49,015 bases of DNA, taken from positions 1 to 49,015 of the forward strand of contig JAHBMJ010000384.1 in assembly GCA_018398765.1 (NCBI GenBank), in the 5' to 3' direction. The translations under genes were made by a program, and so were the position numbers. This stretch comes from Chromera velia. Its lineage: Eukaryota. The notes under the pieces are model-generated. The model saw only the letters and a program-made list of their open reading frames with translations, did no database searches and was not told where the DNA came from. Positions 35,446 through 47,059 of this stretch are shown here, in pieces; position 1 is the stretch's first letter; every line of letters starts with the position of its first letter.

Positions 35446-36095
35446 TCAAGGCATAAAATTGGGTTTCAGCATGATTGCAGAGAGAGCGTGGAAGAGAAGA
35501 CTGAGACCCTTGCATGGACCATCATAGAGAAGAATCAAAGCATTCTCATCCGCAGTGTAAAGCTTCTCTGATGACCCCCTCTCTTCGCTCTTACCCCCCT
35601 CCCCTCCCACAGTGACTACAGTGACTGGAGGACTTGTAACAGAAATCAGGCTCTCAAAATCTGTCTCTGACACACGGTCTTTCTTCGTATTTATTTTTAC
35701 ACCTCCTAAATGTGAAACTCTCTCTTCTGTTTCTCTCACATCCGTCCCTGCCTCTCTATCTTCTCTTCCGTCTCCTGCCGTCTCTTCATCATTCGAAGGA
35801 CCCAAACTTTCTGTCTGTTGGTCGCTCTTGTCGTCTTTCACTGCCTCCCTTCTCCCCAACCAATAGGAGAAGTATGCCACCATCCCACCTAAACATGCAG
35901 CACCCCCCACACCCCCACCCACAGCGTGGCCAGCGACATGCCTGCACTTATGCCTGCCGTCACCCCCCCAACCATGCTACTAGCGGTAGCTGCAATTGCG
36001 GCTCCGGACACTCCGAGGGAGGAGACCGCATGCGCAACAAATGCACCCAAAGCAACGCACGCAGAAAGAGGCTCTGCAGTGCATTTCTCGCACAT
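35446..36095 (-). pseudogene. Small Gly/Ala-rich hydrophobic (glycine-zipper-like) membrane protein with an acidic tail and one frameshift
   Basis: MCEKCTAEPLSACVALGAFVAHAVSSLGVSGAAIAATASSMVGGVTAGISAGMSLA continues after a one-base shift at ~35925 as AVGGGVGGAACLGGMVAYFSYWLGRREAVKDD... (ORF 35446..35922). Confidence 0.45.
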
Positions 36096-37380
36096 CAAAC
36101 AACAAATAAGTAAAACAAAAAGAGGGCAGCGCAAGATCGAAAACGGTCTTGCAGAAGAGAATCTAGATGCTTTGAAAGAGGCTACCCGCCTCCTCCTTCC
36201 CATTCTTTGCCCCCCTCTCACAACGAGGCCTGGTTAACCCTTCGATCCCTCCCCCGCTTTTCTCCTTCTTGTGCCACCCACTCGTAAACACAGAAAGAAG
36301 ATGGCACATAGTAGTAGAAGAGCGACGGTCCAGTACATGGTAACAGCTTGATCATATGGAGATGGCAGATCAATCTGCATACAAAGGCAAGAATGAGAAA
36401 AAATGGTTTCATTTCTCATACCAACGATGAGGTGATGCCCGGAAGAGGGCAGACAGAAGTAGAACGCGCCTTGCAAGGGAAAAAGACCATATGCAACCAA
36501 GAGTACCTACCTCCAGATGCAAAAGGGATAGAATCAGACTGGAACAGCTTTTGAACAGGAATCATTTCAACAGGTCTATCTATAGCTAGAACTTTGTCTC
36601 GAGCAGAAGATAACAGGGTATCCAAAGAATACCGTACTATGCAGTATTACGCCGTCTCGTGGGTGTCATATAGGGGTGTAAGAACGGGGGGGGGGGGTTT
36701 ATTCGAGCTGTTAGGACTCCAGATCCGACAGGGTCCCCCCCGTTCAAGCTTTAGGGAGATCAGACCCCTGTAAACGGAGACCCCCCCGTTTGGAGAGCTC
36801 TAGGTAAGAAAAAGTGCTAGGTCATGAAGACAACCTAGATGATGACCTTCATGAAGCCTAAACTATTTTAACTCTAACTCAAAATATACTTAAACTTCTG
36901 AAATTCTAGCTAAAATCTTCTTATAACATTTTGTACCTTAAATAAAATTAACGTCAGCATTAATTGAATTTAACTCCGTCATGAGGTGTCATTAATCAGC
37001 TTCTAATTTTTTCTAATTTGTCATCAAACAAAGAATGGCAGAGGCAGAAACACTTGCAATATAGACATTAGGTGATCGATGTGCCCTTATGTATCAGGGC
37101 AGTCGTTGCATGCCTGCAGAAAGGCAGCCAAAATCCTCAGTGAGCCAGTCAGATTCTCTTCTGGCTCGTCGGTGTTGTCTGCCTCGGGCCACCCCTAGGG
37201 GGCCGCACTCTTGACATGCTTAGGCTTCCACCCTATCTTTAGCTACACCCTTCAACATTGTATTACATGTATTAGGTTACATAATGAAAACTAGCACATG
37301 AAGCAGAACGTGGAGCATCATGTTGGGCTATTTTAAAGCTGTCGTTCAACCTCAGTCATGAGAAATGTTAGTTCAAAGTC

Positions 37381-37930
37381 GTGTCTCCAGATTTTGTTGG
37401 GCTTGTGGCATGTTAGGCTGTGTTGGGCCTATGTTGGGCTGCCCAACAGTACAAATGACCCAACAGCAGCCCAACATCACTTTAAAGTGCATAACAGACA
37501 TCGTAGAGTCTTTTAGACCGACCAAAAAGCATCTGATAAAAAAAAAATAAAATTAAAGCTCAATGTTGCTTCAATATAAGCTTTAGACTCTTTCTGAAAC
37601 ATAAAAAATGACTCTTTAAAAATGTGCGGCATTTTTTGAAGGTTACCTAGAAGGTTACAGGTTTTAACACCGCCCTTCACTTTCAAACAATGATTTTATA
37701 CGTTTTATGCAGAGTGTAAAGCTCATATTGGGACATTATTTAGCTCTAGTCTTATTGTGTCTGATTGTATGCTTTTTACTTAGTCTCAAAAGCTTTGCAT
37801 GGTCTGTTGTACATTTTAAGACGATGTTGGGCCACTTGCTTGTTGGGCCTGTTGGGTGCCCAACACCTTATCATCATCATGACGCCCAACAGTATGTCTA
37901 GCCCAACAGCCCAACAAAACCTGGAGATAT
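37381..37930. mobile_element. Nested ~550-bp MITE-like element
   Basis: 22-bp TIRs at 37381-37402 and 37909-37930 (19/22, all mismatches transitions). Multiple subterminal TGTTGGGC/GCCCAACA motifs and an AT-rich core. No clear TSD. Confidence 0.7.
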
Positions 37931-38100
37931 ACAGTTTTTACTATAAACTGATGAAGGCTTATAGCCCAATATTAAAATAAACGTTATTTTCAAACTGTCC
38001 GGGATTTATAGTTTTTGGTTTCTTATCAAACTTCTTGCATAACATTTATAGGTTTTCACTAGTTTTTCCTAAAAATTGGGGGTCAAGATATAACTATATA

Positions 38101-38643
38101 TGGAGTGTAGCCCCCTAGAGGCCACCTCTTCTACTTAATTCTAAACCACCGTTTCCTCCTCTGAGGAGGGCCTCTCCACTCCCATCCCCGGATTGCTTCC
38201 ACTTCGTACTTCTCTGAGGGGGGGCTAGCGAGAACCTGTTTCAATTCCTCAAAACGCTGCAGTACTGCAGTGGAGAGAATGAAACGCTTTTGCTCATCGT
38301 CACGAGCGAAATCAGTAACCTTCTCCACAAAACCTCCCATTCCCTTTGTCGTCAAAAAGTCGACACTGCGGACGGCTGTGAACTCACCCGATTCTCCATC
38401 CTGCTCGAGGAAAGAAATCAACGCTCTCTCTACCGCAGCCAGAAATTTGAAATAGCAATAGTTCCCGTTCATGCACAGGACTTTGTTGCAGGGCTTGCAG
38501 AGCAGCTTGTGCAGATCGATGACAGTGCTCCCGTCTCTTCAAACTTCCTCAACAAGATTGGGGTTCCGTTTCATGGCATGGTCCCAATCTTCCTTCATCT
38601 CTGGTCGGCTTCTCTTTATGTTCGGGCCAGGCTTGCTTATCAT
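38101..38643 (-). pseudogene. Chromodomain-containing protein pseudogene inside the TIR element
   Basis: ORFs 38539..38766 and 38131..38472 are in frame across one TGA. The C-terminal part EKYEVEAIRGWEWRGPPQRRKRWFRIK*KRWP fits the chromodomain pattern YEVE.I....Y.IKWKG, with TAG at the conserved Trp. A CKPC motif lies upstream. Confidence 0.7.
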
Positions 38644-39231
38644 GGCGGCATGGTCCGTACTCCACTTCAGAGGGAATCTCGAAAAAGATATTTTGAAGTA
38701 CGAATCTTTACAGCATCTTGAAAGGACTTCAGAGGGAAAGACAATAAAAAAATTAATGGTCGGCAACGGATCAGCGATCTCAATGGGGTCCAGGCTCGAG
38801 CAGCAGAATCAGCAGCAGTGAGCGGTGGAAGGGCATCACAGTCAGCAGCAGTATAAGGCAAAAGAAAACAAAACAACCATACAAGAAAGCGACTGTTCAC
38901 AGAAGGCGGAGTATGGCGGAGCAGGTGAATCATTCAGTGATAGATTCGAAAAATTAATTTTGATCGCGCGCACGAACTCCGCGCGCCCTCCCCCCCCCCG
39001 TTTGATCCAATGAGTCCCCCCCCCCATTCGCGCTCTGCGGCCCTGTTCGAAAGACGGGGCCCCCCCATTGGGCAGGCTCCTGCCTGCCCTGCTGACGGTT
39101 TCCCCCCCCCCTGTCCAAAAGAGATTTTACACCCCTATGGTGTTACTACATCCGGTACTGTTCACGGAAGTGTCAGAAGAGAGACTGGGCCTCCTGTCAT
39201 CGTGCCGTCTGCCCTGTCCTACAGAGAGCAG

Positions 39232-39301
39232 TGACTGACTGACTGACTAACTGACTGACTGACTGATCGATTGATTGACTGATTGATTGATTGATTGATT
39301 G
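39232..39301. repeat. (GACT)n-(GATT)n compound microsatellite
   Basis: Directly visible. Confidence 0.95.
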
Positions 39302-40456
39302 AAGTTATTGAAATTGTTGAACGGTTACCGAAAGCCTCAAATTCACCTGCCGTCTCACTGTTGCTCTGTACTTCTATGCATGAAGCTATATGAACAATTT
39401 TGAATATGTTTTTTTATGTAAATCATCATGTTAATTCCTGTTACTATTAATTTACTAGGCTCTTTAAAGTTTGTAAATTGTTTTGTTTAAACTTCATGGA
39501 TGTGAACAAGTTCTATAGGAATATTATTTTAGATTATTAGACTCTCTAGAGCTTTGATTCTTTTTTCTTTGAGACTTTAGTTTAAGTGTATAAATTTTTC
39601 TAAGATGGTCTTGGGGGGCCATTATACCGTAATCGTACCGTCTTTTACTGGAAAAATCAAAAAACACTGTACCGTCTTTTGGTTGCCCTGGAAGACAAGC
39701 CATGGCCGTAAACAACGTACCACTGAGTAAGAACCACAAGCGCCAGAGAGTGGATTCATTCCCGTTTGTCGTCTCCAGTCTGGTGACTTATATAGAAAGT
39801 CGAAGGGTATAACCAATTGTGGAAGGTGAACGGAGCATTTGATGGATTGGGTGTTGTTCACGTGTTGTTTAATCTTTCAGGTGGGTCACGGATACGTTGC
39901 TTACAGGTTTGGTAGCTGTGTACATGAGCGTTCGGAGAAAGTAGAACGGTTTCACGGGCCTGGAGTGTGATACTTATTGGGTACTTCTGTGCCTTGTTTT
40001 CACGAAAACCGTTCGTTGAAGTCTGACTGGAGGATATTGTCATTGAGACAGTGATGTCTGACAGTTACTTAGTTAGACTGACAGTCAGACGTACCATGCC
40101 ATGATGGAGCCGGTTGGGGGGACATGCATGGCTGAAAAGGAGCCGCGCCGGTTGGGGACGCGCGCGCGCGTATGGGCCGCGTTGTTTGTGGGTGTCAGAT
40201 GGAGTCAGATGGAGACGGCTGACGCCAACTGCCCCAATCTTGTTACTTTCAACAAAAGCTTTTCTGTGCATCAAGTGATCACGCTTAGCCTGTGGAATGT
40301 GCCCAACGATCTGCTAGAAATACATACTTGTGCAGCTGACAGGCCGAGCATACCATGGATCCATGCATACCAAAGCTTGAAATTTTGGCTTTAGGACAAT
40401 CAATTTAAGAAGTCTCGAGATCGTGAATCTTTCCCTCTACACACTCTGCTATCCGG

Positions 40457-41762
40457 ATGCTGCGTGTGAAGAACTGTGAGCTTTGCAGGCGCCACCCAAC
40501 GTCCCTGTGCGCTGTTTTGAAAAGACACTCCAGGCATGGGTACGGATGGAGCTCTCAGGTTTGGAGGAGAAGCTTCTCGGCGGTCCTTCCGGATCCCCGT
40601 CTCCGTCTCCGTCCGCGTTCCCGTCTCCCGTGTCCCGGCTCCGAGAGAACAGTTGATATTTGCAGCAGAGAAGCAGGCCTTCGTCTCCCACCCTCCAGAA
40701 GAAGTACAGGAACGAGAGAGTCGAAGCAAAACCAAATTCACCGGTGTCTTTCAGGATCTGATCTCCTGAATGTTCTGGGGGGCAGGTCTGAAGTGGCAGA
40801 GCTGAACTTCCATGAGTGTCTTGAGGCAATTTTGAAAGCCCACAAGTATGTATTGCAACCGGTCAGTCAGCGCATGCGCTCCTGCAAACCTGTCCGCAAT
40901 CCTCAAAGAGATGCAAAAGGACGCAACCAGTTCCTTGTCGGACTCGCGTGCATTCACATGGCGAAACGAGACGGGAGGATGAACGCCGAATTTAATGTGC
41001 ATACACTCATATGATGACTGCAGGGGGATTCGAGGAAACATGACCTTCGTTCCGAGGGTACCCTTCTCCATCTTTTGGGAGACGTGTCAGAGAGGATGGA
41101 AGGAATGTTGATGGAAGAGGTTGGACGTTCTGGCGCTGGGAGGGAGAGAGGAACCCGGAGAGGAGAGAGGATCGGTGGGAGTCAGTTGGTGGCCCTGGCT
41201 TGGAGTCTGGTGCAGTCAGGGGCTCATAGATCGACGGTGAGAGGCCAAAAAGAGGGGAAACGGCTTGACCGTCTTCTGTCCCTGGTAAGTGATTTCCTTT
41301 CCGTTATACCTGTTTGATCTGCATGAGCGCTTATGTCCAACGGTCCTTCCTGTGGATTTGATTGAAGTGCTCGATCGCTGACTGTTCCTTTTCTTTTCGG
41401 GTGAAGCCGACTGCTTGATCAACCTGCCCTCCTTGTTCCTTTTCTTCTTCTCTGGCCACTTTGATTCGTGGCTGTATCCTTGTGTGGGCGTCTACCCTTT
41501 GTCTTGGTTGGGGCAGCCGCATGGTTCCGTTCTATGGAGGTTTTCTCCCACTCCGTCTTGATCAGTTCATCACAAGCACAAATGGTGTCCTTCCTTCGGT
41601 GCGTTGTGTGCTTATGGAATTTTGAGCCCGCTGTGTGCCGTCCCCCTCCTTTGACATAAGAGCGACCGGCCGATATCCATCCTGTCGGTCTCTCTGCAGC
41701 AACTCAGGAAGGATCCATGCTCCCTCCGCTTGTTGAGCTCAGGAGGCATTTGTTTTCTCGTC

Positions 41763-41807
<45 letters not shown>

Positions 41808-41808
41808 C

Positions 41809-41844
<36 letters not shown>

Positions 41845-44800
41845 CTGCAGTTGTTGGGAGGAGAGGGGGGGGGAGATAATTTCGAAGAAGGGTGCAGGAT
41901 GCTGTGGGAGGTGCGCATCCCCTCCCTACCCTCTCGAGCGCTCGCACGTCTCATCTGGACAGCTGCAAACGGTCGGGAGGGACAGGGGAGGGGACCGAAG
42001 ATGAGGTCGGGGGGGGCACTTGTGTTTCCTTTTCGGCATTTGAAAAATAGGACGCCAATCCATTGCCCCTGCATGAGAACAGTTATTCCAGCATTGTCTC
42101 CCTCGAAGTCGCCTCGCGTGTATTCATCGATTGTTTCTATCCTTCCTGCTCCGGTTTTTCTTTCCCCACCTTTGACGACCCCCCACATGAATGTTTGCAG
42201 GTCCGATAGAGGACCCCCTGATCTGGCGCCGCCTTGTGGGGAGACTTGGGGATCTCTGGAGGGACCATGCGGCCTTTCCGGGGTCCTCTTCGGGTGTGGG
42301 GGGCAGAGGCAAAGTTGCGTTGGGCGGTTCTTCCGTGAGGCTCCAAGACCTTCGTGTCGACTGTTCAACTGCATCCTCTTCTTCCTCTTTTGCAGATGAG
42401 GAACGAAGAAACGCACAGGGCAGACAAGAACAGACGGAAATGAGCAGACAGGAGGCAGCTCTTGCCTTGAGAGGCCTCGCCATTCAAATGGAGCGCATGA
42501 GATGGAATACAGAGGCGGTAGATGTGTCGTCCCAACGTGCCTCACTGGAGACACATGCAAATCCGATGTTCTCTCGTCATTTCTTCAGACACCTGTTTTC
42601 TGGTCTCAAGCGCCTGACTGAGATTCTGGTTTTAGCGAGAGGGTCTCGTGAAAGTGCGGGCAAGAGCATTTCAGGAGGGGCGTGGGCTCTGTCCTCGGCC
42701 TCCTTGTCTCTTTCATCTCTCAGTAGAAGCGCAAAGGCGCTGTCGAGCCCTGAGATGGCATCAATGCTCGCAAGACATGCACGCAAATTTGAAGGCGTTG
42801 CGGAGGATGCGGTTTTCAGATTGGCAGAAGAGGCGGCCAGCCTTCTTTTGGAAGATGTGGAGAAGCGATCCCTCTCCAGAGGGAAGACGGGAGCCTGGAG
42901 GAAGTTTTCTCTTCTGGACTTTTCCGTCAGTAGTTTCATGAGTGCTGTGCAAGGCTTTCTTCGAGAAATTTAGTTTGCCTCTGTTTTTCTATGGGCCTTC
43001 TTTTTCTCCCCTTCTAATCTTTTTTAGTGTTCTGGTCTTTCCCTAACCCTTCCCGGTTTCTCCCCGTTTCTCTTTCATCCACAATGGTTGCCGTGTATGC
43101 CTTCCTCCCTGCAGGCTTTGTTGAATCTTTTGCGCGCGGCGGGAACGATGAAGGTTGTGCTTCCTTCTCTCGCCGCTGCGCTTTCGATCGCTTTGGAAGG
43201 ACTGCTTTTGAATGACATGGGAGAAGAGAGGGTGGGGGGGCACAGAATAAATTGCTTCAATCAGTTGAAGGACAACGAGCTTGCAACACTTCTGTGGGGC
43301 CTCACTGAGATTCGGGTGCAACCCTTGCGCCCTGGTGAGTCGTTGCACAGCTCTCTGCTTGAGGATGTCTCTCGAAGAGTTGAAGACTGGGGACAAAAAG
43401 AGAGAGCGGCGTTGTTGGGAAGAGGAGAGCGGGCTCACGGGTTGGACGCTCTCGCTTCGATCTTCAGAAGTCTTGCAATGCTCAGGTTGCTTGAAAGGGA
43501 GAACGAGGATGGTGGGGAGATTGTTGGAGATGAACGACACTCACGGGCTGTCTTGTCTGTTCGGAAGAGTGTGGAGAACCTTTTTGGAGAAACAGGAGTG
43601 TCGCGGACGTTGTGGCTGAGTCCACCATCACACAAATCTTCCTGTCCTTCCTCTGTTACGCCCTTCTCTCTTACGAGAGAGGTGGAGGAGAGAAATGTGA
43701 GTCCGCTTTTGGACTCTTTCCTTCTCCTTGAAGGGGTCGGATGGAAGAACGATGTGTGCAGACTTCTCTGGGCATTTTCTGTCTGTGGATTGGTGAGGGA
43801 TGCCTCGGGTGGGATCTTCCGGGCTTGCCTGGGAGTTGAACGGTACAGGCGGGCGCTTCTAGGGGATGCGAGGAGGGGGCATTCTGACTGTGACGTCATT
43901 GCTCGTGAGAGACAAGTCTTTGTTGCGGCACTCTGTTGGCACATTGAGAGGAAGAAGGGGAATCGAGAGGAAGAAGAAGGAAACATTGGCCCTTTGTGGC
44001 TGTCTGCACTTCGAGGAAGAGTCTGTCGACAGAAAGTGGTGACCTCTCAGCCCGGTTTTGGTGGGGGGCATCAGCAGGAGGAGGAGGAAGGAGAAAGGGA
44101 AGGTCTATGGCGGCATGACAGCGTTGGACCACGTCTCTCCTCACAAATGAAAGTTGGGCACATGTCATTGGCTTGTGAAGCCTCAGGGAGAGATGGGGAG
44201 ACTGGTCAGATTGACGTGAGTGAGTCGTCATCTACGCACAGGGCAGTTGCGGGTCTGCTGTGGGGGGAATTGGGAGAGAAATGCCTTATGGAATGGAGAT
44301 CTCCGAAGGGACTGTCTGTGGATATCAAAATTCAAGGTGGGTAGGTGGGTGCTGAGGTTTGTCTGTAGCATGAAAGATCATTTTTCTTATCATGGCTATC
44401 GTTCTTGCCCAGACATGCTTCTGCAAAAAGAGATCAGATGGAGGGAATCACTACCAAGAAGATTGCGTGCCCAAACAGGATCATTTCGCGTCCGTCAGTC
44501 TACGAGAGGTTTGGCCGGACGGGGAATCACGAGGCCTTTTTTTTTCGTCGGTCTGTGTGTGCGTATGCATGCATGTATTGGAGAGAAGGAAGAAGAAGAA
44601 ACAAGAAGAAAAGAAGAGATAAAATGCATCGCCAGTGGATCGGCAGGTCCAATCCAAAGCATGCAACCTTACTTCAGCAGCTGCAGGAAGGAAGAAGGTT
44701 GTTCGTCCATGAGCCCTTTTTTTTGACCTCTGTCTTTCCTTGTAGTTTCCTTGAATCAGGGGGGAGAAGGGAAAAGGAAGGAAGAACCTTCAGGCAAGCT

Positions 44801-45049
44801 GCTACGCATAGAAACTGGATATTTTCCGACCAAGGGAAGCAGGTGAACACAGAGATTGGACACATTGGAAGCAGGGAAGGAGAGGAAAGATTGGTCGAAC
44901 TTGGAAGCTGCCGCGTGTTTTTTAGGCGCTGCGTTTTTATCTTCTTGTGGCTAATTGCTTCTTCCTTGCGTCTATGTCCCGGACTTTTGATTTCTCTGTC
45001 TCTCCCTGCCCCCCCCCCCCTCCTCTCCCTGTCCCTGTCCCTGTCCCTG

Positions 45050-45092
<43 letters not shown>

Positions 45093-45099
45093 GTCTCTG

Positions 45100-45159
<60 letters not shown>

Positions 45160-45204
45160 CCTCCCTCTCTCTCTCTCTGTCTCTTTCCCTCCCTCCCTCC
45201 CTCC

Positions 45205-45235
<31 letters not shown>

Positions 45236-45797
45236 TGTGCGTGTGTGTGTGTGCATGTGTGCAGGAGAACCGATCGTTGTGGAGGTTGCCGGGCCTGTTC
45301 ACTTCTTCAGACAGTGCACTTCAACACAAGCGGTGGTGGAGACCCAGGGAGCGGATGAAGAGGCGAGTCCGTCTGCAAAGGTAAAAGGGAAGGCGGCAGG
45401 GACCTGCCTCCTCTCCGAGACAGAAACAGAAAAGCACACGGAGCGGTGGTTGTGCCCCTTCGCACTTCCTGTCTCTGTCGTGCAGGCCCCCTTCCGTGCT
45501 CGCGAATCAAGTGCCTGCGGGGTATCTGAGGAGTCCAGCCAGTCCTCTCTTTCCCGCAACCTCCCTCCTCTCATCGATGCTGGGGGGTCTTCTTTCGTTT
45601 CTATTCCTGGAGGGGGGACTCCCACTGCCAATGGACAACAGAGGTTGAAGGAGGAGCTGTTGCAGAACGAAGGATTCTGTGTTGTGCGGGTGCCTTGGTT
45701 TGTTCTTGTGTGTCAGACGAGAGAAAATCAAGTGCTTCTTTTGAAAAACTGCCTGTCGGAAGCCCGAGCTGCGTTGTGTAACAGTTTTGTTCGATAA
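40457..45797 (+). CDS. RAP-domain protein with helical repeats (FASTK/OPR-RAP-like organellar RNA-binding protein), ~1,088 aa
   Basis: Manual model: exons 40457-40861, 41024-41284, 41851-41971, 42201-42925, 43115-44336, 45265-45797 (3267 nt, in phase). RAP motifs SSTHRAVAGLL...MEWRSPKGLSVDIKIQGEPIVVEVAGPVHF...RLKEELLQNEGFCVVRVPWF. Helical repeats such as LVALAWSL, LARLIWTA, LATLLWGL, VCRLLWAF. Arg/Ser-rich N-terminus resembles a mitochondrial presequence. The 5' exons are less certain than the 3' exons. Confidence 0.82.
41764..41842. repeat. (CT)n-(GT)n compound microsatellite just upstream of a splice acceptor
   Basis: Directly visible; acceptor TGCAG ends at 41850. Confidence 0.95.
45020..45260. 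repeat. Compound (CCCTGT)n/(CT)n/(CTCTGT)n/(GT)n microsatellite just upstream of a splice acceptor
   Basis: Directly visible; acceptor TGCAG ends at 45264. Confidence 0.95.
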
Positions 45798-46645
45798 TCA
45801 AAGTGATAGCAGCAATCGAATCGACAGAAACATATTAGAAAAGCGAGAGCAGAAAGCAGACAGCCTTCTGTATGTTGAACGTGCACAAGAGATCGACAGG
45901 GCCGAAGCGAACAAGATATTGACAACACTCGATCAGTCTGCGTGTGGAGATCGTTTCTTTCTCTTGTACCCTGATTTTCGTGGACTCAACGTTCGGCAAA
46001 GGAATTGTTCCTCCCTAATTCGGTACAGACAGAACGGTACTTGCAACTTTTAAGTTGCAAAGCCTTGGTGTATATCTTAATTCCAGCTTTCTACAGTTCG
46101 ATTTGCACTCACTAAAGCGAGCCTTTTTTTCTTCCGATTTTAATTCGTTTCTATTACCCGCTTCCGGTTTTTTGTTTTCTTTCTACTTTTTTTACACTCA
46201 CATGTTTCTAGCCTACACAATTTGAGGATGAATCATGATGTAAAAGATAAAAAATGAACGACATAGATGTTTGCCAGGGGAAATCCCAATTAAGGGATTG
46301 ATGATTAAGGCAGTGCAGGCGTTCAAAATCAAATTAAATCGAATAGGGCGGAATTATATATGCCTAGAAAGCCAAAGCGGCAAAGCCAAAAAGCCAAGGG
46401 CAACCATGGCGGCAGCCATTGGCGGCAGATGCTGCAAGTCGATCGATCGTTTTCAGGCTTTGGCGTGGGTGTGGACAGAGTAGACAAACAAACAGGCAGC
46501 CCCATATGGCCGCAGAAGGCTACTAGCTTCCAACACTATGAGCTTCTTCTGCAACAGTGGGAGACGGCTTCGTGAACTTCTTGTTCCCCCAGTTTCTTGA
46601 TGCAGTTGAGGCCCCCGGAGTTACCAGGTGTCCCTAGTAACCATG

Positions 46646-46790
46646 TTTGATTTGATTTAATTTGATTTGATTTGATTTGAGGTAGGGCTTAAGCTCAAAT
46701 CAAATATCCAGTCAGGGAGGACCTAGTGTTTAAAGACCTATCAAATACGATCAAATATTTGATCAATATGACTTTCAACCTCAAATATGA
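46646..46790. repeat. TTTGA/TCAAA(T) motif cluster, probable subterminal repeats of the hAT element
   Basis: (TTTGA)n run followed by several TCAAAT copies, upstream of the transposase relic. Confidence 0.55.
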
Positions 46791-47059
46791 GGGTCCTAAA
46801 AAAACTTTTGCAAGTACCGATCCGTCACGCATGCTGATTCAAATGAAAAAACCTAAATCTTGATGGTTTGCTCTCAAAAAAAAAACGTTTTGAGCTGCAC
46901 TGAAATTGACGTTTCACCCCTTTTTACTTCATGCAGAGGTAAACCGATCAGCTGAACGTTTTCCCGAACAGCTGTGTTGACTTTTCTGGTGCTGGAACAT
47001 CTTTTACGGCCCCCTTTTTGACTCAAAGCGTCTGCAAACATTTTACACGCCATAAAGAC

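Larger units (their letters stand above)
36670..39138. mobile_element. ~2.5-kb non-autonomous TIR DNA transposon (hAT-like ends)
   Basis: Left end ATAGGGGTGTAAGA; right end reverse complement ATAGGGGTGTAAAA (13/14). G/C tracts just inside both ends. 8-bp flanks ggtgtcat (36662-36669) and ggtgttac (39139-39146) match 6/8. No transposase seen inside. Confidence 0.7.

Noticed and set aside
39500..40060. Short minus-strand ORFs upstream of the RAP gene
   Set aside because: Fragmented across frames with no recognisable motif; cannot tell a relic from chance.
44405..45384. 317-aa and overlapping ORFs with SL/RE repeats
   Set aside because: They lie mostly in the last RAP-gene intron and derive from CT/GT microsatellites.
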